IMG/VR virus record: IMGVR_UViG_3300045885_000475
Span: 1 to 53,027 of that record
DNA: 53,027 nucleotides
Strand: one strand, 5' to 3'
Source: a virus
Lineage: Duplodnaviria > Caudoviricetes
In this document: positions 36,133 to 43,593 of the stretch, piece after piece
How positions within the stretch are numbered: position 1 is the first letter of the stretch
How the letters are laid out: every line of letters starts with the position of its first letter
Notes under the pieces: model-generated
Seen by the model: only the letters and a program-made list of their open reading frames with translations
Told to the model about the DNA's origin: nothing
Database searches by the model: none
Translations under genes and position numbers: made by a program

Positions 36133-37332
36133 GTGAAGAAGCAGCTCCTGGTCCTGGCGAAGGGGGACTTCCTGTCCCAGGGGTCCGGCCGGTTCGCGAA
36201 GGAGATCGCGCACGTCGGAACGTGGATCCACCCGGGGACCGGCCAGACGATCACGTTCACGCCCGAGCGGATCGAGAAGCTGGCCGCGGCAAACGAGCGG
36301 TACGTGAAGAACGGGAACAAGATTCCTTTCCCCGACGGCCACAGCTTCAAGAGCGTCGACAACCTCGGCCACTGGCCCGGCCCCTTCATGCTCGAGAAGG
36401 CGGCCGGGAAGTTCATGGGCGTCGTCGACGTGAAGGACGCGAAGGCGCTCGAGAAGCTGTCCGCGAAGGCGATCACGGGCGTCTCAGCGCTGATCGAGTT
36501 CAACGTCACCGACCCCACAGGCGCGACCTACGAAGAGGTCTGCACGCACATCTGCGCGACCGAGTACCCGGTCATCACCGGGCAGGAGGGCTTCATCGAG
36601 CTCGCGGCGAAGGACGCAGCTCACGACCTTTACATCCCCGAGGAACTTGCGGGCGGTTCGCCCGAGAAAGGAGACCAGATGGATCCCAAAAAGCTGGCGC
36701 TGGCGCTCGGGCTGGACCCGGAGAAGGCCACCGCCGACCAGGTCCTCGAGGCCGCCACCAAGGCGGGCCAGGACCTCAAGCTGAGCCGCGAGAGCATGAC
36801 GGCCCTGTCGGCCGAGCTTTCGAAGCACGGCCTCAAGCTGGACGGCGGAAAGCTCCTCAAGGTGGAGCCCGTCTCAGCCGACACGCTCGACCTCTCCGTG
36901 AAGCCGGAGGACGACGCACAGACGATCGCGATGAAGACGGAGCTCCTCTCGCACCGCGTGGGCGCCGCGAAGGGCCGCGTGGAGAACGCCAAGTCCGAGG
37001 CCGACCGCCTGGTGAAGGAGGGCCTGGTCCCGCCCGCCATGCAGGGCGAGCTCGCGGAGCTCCTCTCGATCGGGAACGAGGCGTCGGCCGTGGCGCTCTC
37101 GTCGGACGGGAAGGCGATCATCCAGAAGACCGTCCGGGCTTCCGAGATCCTGGGCAAGATCTTCAAGGCCATCCCTGGGATCCTCAAGCCCGGCCTCCAG
37201 CGCCTGTCCACGGACCCCGCGGAGCAGGGCGGGGACAACAAGGACCCCGAGGCCCTGGCCGCCAAGGGCGCCGAGATCGCGCGGAAGGCGCTCGGCAAGC
37301 CTGCCAAGAAGGAGACCGCCGGGGCGAAGTAG
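36133..37332 (+). CDS. Prohead protease/scaffold (Mu gpI-like)
   Basis: GTWIHP, P.PDGH, GVSA, TEYPVITG; helical C-terminal half. Confidence 0.75.
   Translation: MKKQLLVLAKGDFLSQGSGRFAKEIAHVGTWIHPGTGQTITFTPERIEKLAAANERYVKNGNKIPFPDGHSFKSVDNLGHWPGPFMLEKAAGKFMGVVDVKDAKALEKLSAKAITGVSALIEFNVTDPTGATYEEVCTHICATEYPVITGQEGFIELAAKDAAHDLYIPEELAGGSPEKGDQMDPKKLALALGLDPEKATADQVLEAATKAGQDLKLSRESMTALSAELSKHGLKLDGGKLLKVEPVSADTLDLSVKPEDDAQTIAMKTELLSHRVGAAKGRVENAKSEADRLVKEGLVPPAMQGELAELLSIGNEASAVALSSDGKAIIQKTVRASEILGKIFKAIPGILKPGLQRLSTDPAEQGGDNKDPEALAAKGAEIARKALGKPAKKETAGAK
36679..37332 (+). CDS. Nested in-frame scaffold protein
   Basis: Internal AAAGGAGACCAG-ATG giving MDPKKLALALGL..., as in Mu gpI/gpZ. Confidence 0.6.
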   Translation: MDPKKLALALGLDPEKATADQVLEAATKAGQDLKLSRESMTALSAELSKHGLKLDGGKLLKVEPVSADTLDLSVKPEDDAQTIAMKTELLSHRVGAAKGRVENAKSEADRLVKEGLVPPAMQGELAELLSIGNEASAVALSSDGKAIIQKTVRASEILGKIFKAIPGILKPGLQRLSTDPAEQGGDNKDPEALAAKGAEIARKALGKPAKKETAGAK

Positions 37333-37405
37333 CCCCGTCATGGAGACGCTCGAGGGGTGGTCCCTCGGCGGTTGAGAAAGCTCGAATGACCGAAGGAGGT
37401 CACGC

Positions 37406-37852
37406 ATGAACCCGGAACTGGGCCAGGACGCGATCCCCGGCATGGGGCCGCGGGTGGACGGCACCTCGCGCACCTTCCTCGCGCACTCGCACTACGAGAC
37501 GCGCGGCATCATCATCGACGCCGACACGGAGGACGACGGCAACGACCCCACGACCAAGCTCCGCGCGGGCCTGGTCCTCGTCAAGGTGGTCGCCGGCCCC
37601 AACGTCAACAAGTTCGTCCACTCCGAGCACGCCGACGCGCCGGCCGACGCCGACATCACCGAGGCGGTGATCCTGAACGGCAAGGACGTGAACCTCCTCG
37701 ACAAGGCGAGCGAGCCCGAGGACAAGGTCGCGACGGGCGTCTTCCACGGCCTCGCCGACGAGGACAAGGTGTTCTTCGGGACGGCCGTCGGCGCGCGGAT
37801 CGCCGCGATGAAGGCGGCGATGCCGCTCGTGGCCTTCGTCAAGAAGGACTAG
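37406..37852 (+). CDS. Head decoration protein
   Basis: LRAGLVL motif; between protease and major capsid genes. Confidence 0.7.
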   Translation: MNPELGQDAIPGMGPRVDGTSRTFLAHSHYETRGIIIDADTEDDGNDPTTKLRAGLVLVKVVAGPNVNKFVHSEHADAPADADITEAVILNGKDVNLLDKASEPEDKVATGVFHGLADEDKVFFGTAVGARIAAMKAAMPLVAFVKKD

Positions 37853-37932
37853 GCCTCGCGCGCGGGCACGGGCCTGTCGCCCGGGCGCCCTGACCTTGGG
37901 GGAACGGAAGACCTGACGGAGGACCGACAACC

Positions 37933-38949
37933 ATGGACCTCGACCTTCTGACCTACGAATCCCTGATGGGGATGATCAACGAGTTCGAGCAGGAGGAGCT
38001 GACGCTCCTCAACTCCGGGATCTGCCCGGACGAGAGCGACCTGACCCAGAGCTTCGTGTGGGACATCCTGGGGATCCCGCGCGACGTCTTCAAGTTCCAG
38101 AGCAAGCACTCGGCGTCCGACGAGCGGAAGCTGGTCGTGATCGGGCAGCAGACCGCCCGGCCGGCCACGACCTTCCTGAACAAGAAGCTCACGGCGTCGC
38201 AGTGGCAAGACCTGCGGAGCCCGGGCAGCAACGCGCGGCAGGCCGCGGCCGCGAGGCAGATCGCCCTCGACCTCAAGGACCTGGACGACGCGATCGCGCG
38301 CCAGGACGAGTTCATGATCGCCGGCGCCCTGCAGGGCCAGCTGGACATCACGATCCACGACATCGCCGTCTCGATCGACTACGGCATCCCCGTCGCGAAC
38401 GTCTTCGGGCTGGCCCTCGGCGGCGATCAGCAGATCGCGGTCGACTGGTCGGACGAGTCGGCCAAGATCGGCGACGATGTGCGTCGGATGATCCTCGCCG
38501 GCTCGCACAGCTCCGGCCGTACCATGCGTCACGCCTGGACCTCGGGCAAGATCCTGGAGCACATCCAGGCGAGCCAGGAATTCCAGGAGAAGGTCGGGAA
38601 CACCGAGAGCGGCGCCCAGGTCTTCCGCGAGGGCACGATCGGCCGCTTCAAGGGCCTCGACTGGCACCGCCTCGACCACTCCTTCCTCGACGGCGCGACT
38701 CCGACGCCATACTGGGACGAGAACACGGTCGTCCTCACCCCGAACCCCGACCGCGCGTGGCTCTCGATGCTGCGCGGCGGCCAGATGATCCCGACGAACG
38801 ACGGCCGGGGCCTCCAGGAGGTCCTGGGCAAGGCGGCCTGGGCGGGGATGATGAAGGATCCCCCGGCGATCGCGCTCTACCTGCGCGACGTCCGGATCCC
38901 CGCGCTCAAGCTCCCCGGCGCCGTGGTCAAGGCGACGGTGACCGCGTAA
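37933..38949 (+). CDS. Major capsid protein (lambda E-like HK97 fold)
   Basis: 338 aa; R..E.M...AL.G...IDYGIP...W; ends IP...P..VVKATV. Confidence 0.85.
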   Translation: MDLDLLTYESLMGMINEFEQEELTLLNSGICPDESDLTQSFVWDILGIPRDVFKFQSKHSASDERKLVVIGQQTARPATTFLNKKLTASQWQDLRSPGSNARQAAAARQIALDLKDLDDAIARQDEFMIAGALQGQLDITIHDIAVSIDYGIPVANVFGLALGGDQQIAVDWSDESAKIGDDVRRMILAGSHSSGRTMRHAWTSGKILEHIQASQEFQEKVGNTESGAQVFREGTIGRFKGLDWHRLDHSFLDGATPTPYWDENTVVLTPNPDRAWLSMLRGGQMIPTNDGRGLQEVLGKAAWAGMMKDPPAIALYLRDVRIPALKLPGAVVKATVTA

Positions 38950-38980
38950 CGCGAGGCTCTATCCATTGCGCTACGGCCGC

Positions 38981-39009
38981 GCCCGGGGGAGCTAGCAACT
39001 CCCCCGGGC
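38981..39009 (+). terminator. Strong hairpin after the major capsid gene (attenuator or stabiliser)
   Basis: GCCCGGGGGAG/CTCCCCCGGGC 11-bp stem, no U tail. Confidence 0.55.
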
Positions 39010-39034
39010 TGGCGTGGCGGTGAACGAGGAATAG

Positions 39035-39535
39035 ATGGACATCATCGCGACCCCCTCCGACCCCGAGGCGAATTCGTACCTCGACCTCGAGGAGGCGGAC
39101 GAGCTGATGTCGGCCTTCCTGCACGCCGACGAGTGGGACGCCTTCGAGGAGGAGCAGACGAAGCGGCTCCTCATGACGGGGACGCGCCTGATCGACGCGT
39201 ACACGGTCTGGGGCGCGCCCAAGATCGCCGGCCAGGCGCTCGCCTTCCCGCGCGAGGTGGACCTGGTGGACGAGATCCCGAAGGCCGTCAAGCTTGCCCT
39301 CTGCGAGTACCTCGACTACATGTCCGACGGGACCATGGTCGCGGTGAAGAAGCTGCAGGCGGAGGGCGTGACGTCGGCCTCGATGCTGGGACAGTCCTCG
39401 AGCATGGAGAAGGATCCCTCGCAGCTCCCCGCGGGCGCGCGGAACATCCTCGACAAGCTCCTCCAGCAGGGCAACGTGCCCGCCTTCGGGAACCCCGAGT
39501 ACTGCGGCGACGATCCGAACCAGCTTTTCACGTAG
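39035..39535 (+). CDS. Head-tail adaptor
   Basis: ANSY...EAD...ID...QALAFPR...IP.AVK.A.CE. Confidence 0.8.
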   Translation: MDIIATPSDPEANSYLDLEEADELMSAFLHADEWDAFEEEQTKRLLMTGTRLIDAYTVWGAPKIAGQALAFPREVDLVDEIPKAVKLALCEYLDYMSDGTMVAVKKLQAEGVTSASMLGQSSSMEKDPSQLPAGARNILDKLLQQGNVPAFGNPEYCGDDPNQLFT

Positions 39536-39541
39536 GCCTAC

Positions 39542-39925
39542 ATGCTCGACGCACTCTTCCGGGAGACGGTGACGCTGAGGCGTCTCGCGGTCGGCACGCG
39601 CCAGACCGACGGCGCGGCCGGCTACGAGATCGTCGTCGACGACGCCGAGGTGCCCGTGCAGATCCGGTGCCGCATCGAGCGCCGGCGCCGCCGCCTCATC
39701 ACGAAGGAAGGCGTCGAGCTCGAGGGCGACGCCACGATGGTCCTCAAGCGGCCGGCGTCGATCGAGATCTCGGAGGAGGACGTCGTGGTCGACCGGAACG
39801 GCCAGGCCTGGAAGATCCTCCGGAAGGAGAGCTCCGACTCGTTCTTCGGCGCCGGCGAGTACTTCCGGCTCGATCTCCAGGAGACCACGATTGAGGTGCC
39901 GGCGAACGACGGGGAGGGCGATTAG
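39542..39925 (+). CDS. Head closure protein
   Basis: Position and size; beta-rich. Confidence 0.65.
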   Translation: MLDALFRETVTLRRLAVGTRQTDGAAGYEIVVDDAEVPVQIRCRIERRRRRLITKEGVELEGDATMVLKRPASIEISEEDVVVDRNGQAWKILRKESSDSFFGAGEYFRLDLQETTIEVPANDGEGD

Positions 39926-40540
39926 GTGGCCGCGCCCTTCGTCGTCCTGAACGCCGGCGCCGTCCGCGGGATGGTGCAGAAGGTGAACGGCGCGCTCGAC
40001 CAGGCCCAGGCGCGGGTCCTCGAGGCCACGAAGCAGGCGATGAACGAGATCTCGCACGACATCATCGCGGACGCGCAGAGCCGGATCAACAACCGCTCCG
40101 GCGGGACATCAGAGCGCGCCACCGTCGAGGAGGTGGTCGTCAGCGGGGAGGAGATCTCGCAGCGGTTCGGCTTCAACGTCCGTCACGGCCGGCAGCTCGA
40201 CCAGGGCGGCGAGATCCTGCCCGTGAAGGGCAAGCTCCTGGCGATCCCGCTCGACCCGGTCCTGACGGCCGCCGGCGTCGCGCGCTACTCCAGCCCCCTC
40301 GAGGAGCCGGACCTGGTCCTGGTCAAGATCAACGGGAAGCTCTTCCTCGTGAAGCGGGACGAGCGCGGCGGCCGCTTCAAGGGCCGCGACCTCCTCCGGT
40401 TCCACTGGCAGCTCGTCCCGAGCGTGGAGCAGCCCGGGACGAAGTTCTTCTCCGGCGCCGTCGACGCTCGCAAGGCCGACGTCCCGCGCGTGATTGGCGA
40501 TCGGGTGGGCCAGCTGCTGGGCGGCGGGGGTGCCCGATGA
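39926..40540 (+). CDS. Neck/tail completion protein
   Basis: GGEILPVKGKLLAIPL motif; position. Confidence 0.65.
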   Translation: MAAPFVVLNAGAVRGMVQKVNGALDQAQARVLEATKQAMNEISHDIIADAQSRINNRSGGTSERATVEEVVVSGEEISQRFGFNVRHGRQLDQGGEILPVKGKLLAIPLDPVLTAAGVARYSSPLEEPDLVLVKINGKLFLVKRDERGGRFKGRDLLRFHWQLVPSVEQPGTKFFSGAVDARKADVPRVIGDRVGQLLGGGGAR

Positions 40541-41049
40541 CGGCGGAACTCCAGATCGAGCTGACCGGCTTCGAGAAGGCCCTGGTCGAATGGCTGGGCC
40601 AGACCTTCAGGTTCTCGAACCCATCTCTCAAGGACATCCCTCTCGCGGCCGGCCGTCACTTCTTCGTGAACTACCTCCCCACGGCCGACGCGATCGCCAG
40701 GACCGCCGCGGCCGACTCCTTCCCGCCGATCGGGCCCAAGGAGCCCGCGATCGCGCTCTACACGAGCGCGGGCCCGGGCTTCCGGCAGTCCTCGAGCCGC
40801 GGTGGAAAGCACGACAACGCGGTCCAGTTTGTCCTTCGCGTCTCGGTCTCGTTCGAGCATGCCAAGGAGCTGCTCGAGGAGCTCTTCGAGCACCTGGTCG
40901 CTCACGCGCGCGGCAAGCGGATGGGGAGCTTCATCGTGAAGGCCACAGTCCCCGTCCAGCGCCCGACCGCCTTCCAGCGCCAGGGCGACGACCGCTACTT
41001 CGCCTCGTCTTCGATCCGCTTTCTCTACGTCTCTTTGCCTGAAGCATAG
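40537..41049 (+). CDS. Tail terminator protein
   Basis: Position before the tail tube gene; VQFVLR. Confidence 0.6.
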   Translation: MTAELQIELTGFEKALVEWLGQTFRFSNPSLKDIPLAAGRHFFVNYLPTADAIARTAAADSFPPIGPKEPAIALYTSAGPGFRQSSSRGGKHDNAVQFVLRVSVSFEHAKELLEELFEHLVAHARGKRMGSFIVKATVPVQRPTAFQRQGDDRYFASSSIRFLYVSLPEA

Positions 41050-41061
41050 GAGGAGCCTTCC

Positions 41062-41859
41062 ATGGTCGACCAGAACGTCCGCGCCGCCGACCCGAGGAAC
41101 TACGGCGTCCCCGAGAAGGTCAGCCTCTGGATCCGGAACAAGGGTTCGACCGATCCGGCCGACTGGAAGGACCTGGGGAGCGTGATCGACGTCTCGATCA
41201 CCCCGGAGATCGAGCGTCTGGAGCACTTCGCCAACCGCCGCGGCGCCCGGGCGAAGGACCGCGAGGTCATCAGCTCCCGGAAGATGACGATCGACTTCTC
41301 GATCGAGGAAGTCAACCTCCACAACCTCCAGCACGCCTTCCAGGACGGCGAGGAGTCCGACTCGGCCACGAAGGACTACAAGGACGGCCGGATGTACCCG
41401 AACCCCGGGACGGCCGGCACGATCGAGCTCGGGGACACGAACGTCAAGAACGTGGTCGTCCGGGACGGCAACCTGGACGGGGACGTCGAGGCCGTCTTCA
41501 CCGAGGGGGTCGAGTACTCCGTCGACCTGGCGAACGGCATCGTGACCATCCTGGGCGGCGGTCTGGCGGACGAGGAGGTCGTGCCCGAGGTCCACATCTT
41601 CTACGAGAAGGAGGTCACCGTCACGACCTTCCAGCTCTTCCCGGGCACGGAGATCGAGGTCGAGGCCCAGTTCCAAATCGTGGGCGCCGGCGTCGTGAAG
41701 CAGATCTACACCCTGCCGAACGCCGTGCTCCGGAACAACGGCGCGATCTCGATCGGCGACGGGTCGACCTGGCAGTCGATCCCGCTCACCCTCGAGGCAC
41801 TGGTGGACGCCACGGGCGAGCTCGGGCAGGGCGCGATCGTGAACGAGGGCGAGCTGTAA
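41062..41859 (+). CDS. Major tail tube protein
   Basis: WKDLG.V...ITPE.E...H...R.G; EE.N..NL; acidic, 265 aa. Confidence 0.8.
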   Translation: MVDQNVRAADPRNYGVPEKVSLWIRNKGSTDPADWKDLGSVIDVSITPEIERLEHFANRRGARAKDREVISSRKMTIDFSIEEVNLHNLQHAFQDGEESDSATKDYKDGRMYPNPGTAGTIELGDTNVKNVVVRDGNLDGDVEAVFTEGVEYSVDLANGIVTILGGGLADEEVVPEVHIFYEKEVTVTTFQLFPGTEIEVEAQFQIVGAGVVKQIYTLPNAVLRNNGAISIGDGSTWQSIPLTLEALVDATGELGQGAIVNEGEL

Positions 41860-41862
41860 CGG

Positions 41863-41889
41863 GTTCTCCCCGTGTAAACGGGGAGATTT
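41863..41889. repeat. 27-bp dispersed repeat, copy 2 (perfect hairpin TCTCCCCGT-GTAA-ACGGGGAGA)
   Basis: Matches 29894-29920. Confidence 0.85.
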
Positions 41890-41905
41890 CTGCAGGCGTC
41901 TGCAG
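41890..41905. promoter_or_regulatory. Palindrome site F (CTGCAGGCGTCTGCAG)
   Basis: 1 mismatch to the core; intergenic. Confidence 0.75.
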
Positions 41906-41923
41906 GTGGGAAAGGAGACGGGG

Positions 41924-42343
41924 ATGAGTGAGACGGGCGGCGAGCTCCCGGGGGCCCTGGCGAAACGGGAGCGGGTGGTCCAGCTCGAGGACGGCGGCTC
42001 GGTCGTCGTCCGGCGCTGGAACTGGGCGCGCGAGCAGGCGGCGCTAGATCTCGTGATGAGCCTGATCGGGAAGGTCGACTGGAAGGAGCTCTCGGGCGGC
42101 GACCCCTTCGCGTCGGCCGCTTCCATGATGCGCGTGGTCGGGAGGCACCTTGCGGACCTGGTGAAGCTCTCGATGAGCCCCGACGACTTCGCCGGCTGGG
42201 ACGACATGGCCCCGATCGATCGCGCCACGATCTTCGAGGCGATCTTCGACCTGAATCGGATCGGGGATTACGCAAAAAAAGTCAAGGGGGCCCTGAGCAA
42301 GTTCAAGTCCGGCCCGGCCAACGGACAGAACGGCTCTCCATAG
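41924..42343 (+). CDS. Tail assembly chaperone (G-like)
   Basis: Between tail tube and tape measure genes; AAAGGAGACGGGG RBS; slippery site near the end. Confidence 0.75.
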   Translation: MSETGGELPGALAKRERVVQLEDGGSVVVRRWNWAREQAALDLVMSLIGKVDWKELSGGDPFASAASMMRVVGRHLADLVKLSMSPDDFAGWDDMAPIDRATIFEAIFDLNRIGDYAKKVKGALSKFKSGPANGQNGSP

Positions 42344-42690
42344 AGAGCGCCCTGGGCCTCCTGGCATCCCGTGGTATCTGCAGCCTGGCCGAGGTCCTCG
42401 ACTGGAATGGATCCTGGACGAGGGAGTTGATCGAGCTCATGGTTCCCGTGGCGATCGAGCAGCAGGCGGAGGAAGCCCGCCTCCAGTTCGCCGCCGTGCA
42501 GGCGGCCGCAGGGAGCCTCTTCTCCAAGGAGGCGCCCAAGGCCTTCCTCGACAGCATCGAGAAGATCCGCGACGCCGCGCGCAGCTCGCAGGCGGGCGCG
42601 CGCGGGCCCGCGAGCCGGGGCGCCGCGGCCGCGGAAACTCTGATCTCCGGCTTCGCCCAGGCGGGCATCAGGCTCGGGAGGAAGAGGTGA
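42274..42690 (+). CDS. -1 frameshift extension of the tail assembly chaperone (GT-like)
   Basis: GCA AAA AAA GTC (A AAA AAA heptamer at 42274-42280); the -1 frame is open to TGA 42690. Confidence 0.75.
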   Translation, partial: KKSQGGPEQVQVRPGQRTERLSIESALGLLASRGICSLAEVLDWNGSWTRELIELMVPVAIEQQAEEARLQFAAVQAAAGSLFSKEAPKAFLDSIEKIRDAARSSQAGARGPASRGAAAAETLISGFAQAGIRLGRKR

Positions 42691-42692
42691 GA

Positions 42693-43154
42693 CTAGCGTT
42701 CATCATCGCCTCTGTCGTCTTCAACGTCTGTTCGGGCTTCCAGGACTCGGATGATCCAATGTGGCGCAAGCCCCGGAGTGAATGCGGGGCCTACTGGCTG
42801 CAGGATGTAATCGCCGGGGGCGGGCGGCTGGAAGGACAGATGCGAAGTCAACATGAGTGGGGCGGAAAGGTCTGTCCCAAGCGCGGGGCGCAGAATGGGA
42901 GGGGAAAAGAACGTCTCAGCTCGGATGAACTGGCCGGAGCGGATCTCGTCAGCCATTTCATTGAGGATCAAGATCCGGTTGTCCTTGGTGAAGTTGTAGT
43001 CCGCGGAGGTCCAGGCCCGGATGTAGACGGTAATCGGGATTCCATATTTTGCATCCGGAAATGGCAGTGGATCCGCCAGGATGGCTTCGGCGTTCAACTC
43101 CCGGTTCTCACCGCGCGAGATCTTTCGAGCCACAACCATCCAGTCGATTCGCAC
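42693..43154 (-). CDS. DUF6941-like protein (moron)
   Basis: MRIDWMVVA...DPLPF...PGDYIL; lower GC; antisense within the tail operon. Confidence 0.6.
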   Translation of the reverse strand: MRIDWMVVARKISRGENRELNAEAILADPLPFPDAKYGIPITVYIRAWTSADYNFTKDNRILILNEMADEIRSGQFIRAETFFSPPILRPALGTDLSAPLMLTSHLSFQPPAPGDYILQPVGPAFTPGLAPHWIIRVLEARTDVEDDRGDDER

Positions 43155-43187
43155 GCCTGGAATGGTCGCTCGAGTGGCGAGCTCGAG

Positions 43188-43556
43188 TCAACGGTCGCGC
43201 TTGTCGCGCAATTCTTCGATCTTGCGACGCGCAGCCTCGTCCGCTTCCTTTTTGGCGGCGGCCCTGCGCGCCTTTCCCTCCGGCGTATTCCACTCGGCTC
43301 GAACCTTCCGCATCTCCTCCATGTGCTTCGGGATGCAGGTCTCCATGTCACACCAAGCTGGATCCGTGGACTGGTCGGCGAAATCTCGATGCCACCGGAA
43401 GGACTCCATCCATCGGATCTGCTCGAGGAGCGCGCGGGAGTCGTCCGCAGGCTTCTCGGATTGCAGGGCCGAGGTAGTGGTTGGAATGGCGATCGCGAGC
43501 ACCAGAAGTCCAAGGGTACCGATTACCGCTTTCATCCCACGCCTCCTTTCGAGCAC
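43188..43556 (-). CDS. Secreted/exported protein (moron; likely start MKAVIG)
   Basis: GGAGG RBS before MKAVIGTLGLLVLAIAIPTTTSA signal peptide; TATACT upstream. Confidence 0.65.
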   Translation of the reverse strand: MLERRRGMKAVIGTLGLLVLAIAIPTTTSALQSEKPADDSRALLEQIRWMESFRWHRDFADQSTDPAWCDMETCIPKHMEEMRKVRAEWNTPEGKARRAAAKKEADEAARRKIEELRDKRDR

Positions 43557-43593
43557 TGCGAAGTATACGACTGTTTGAACTTCATGGTGACCC

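Noticed and set aside
38905-38980. Complete tRNA gene on the minus strand
   Set aside because: No anticodon-stem closure, T-arm or acceptor 3' strand; reported only as a fragment.
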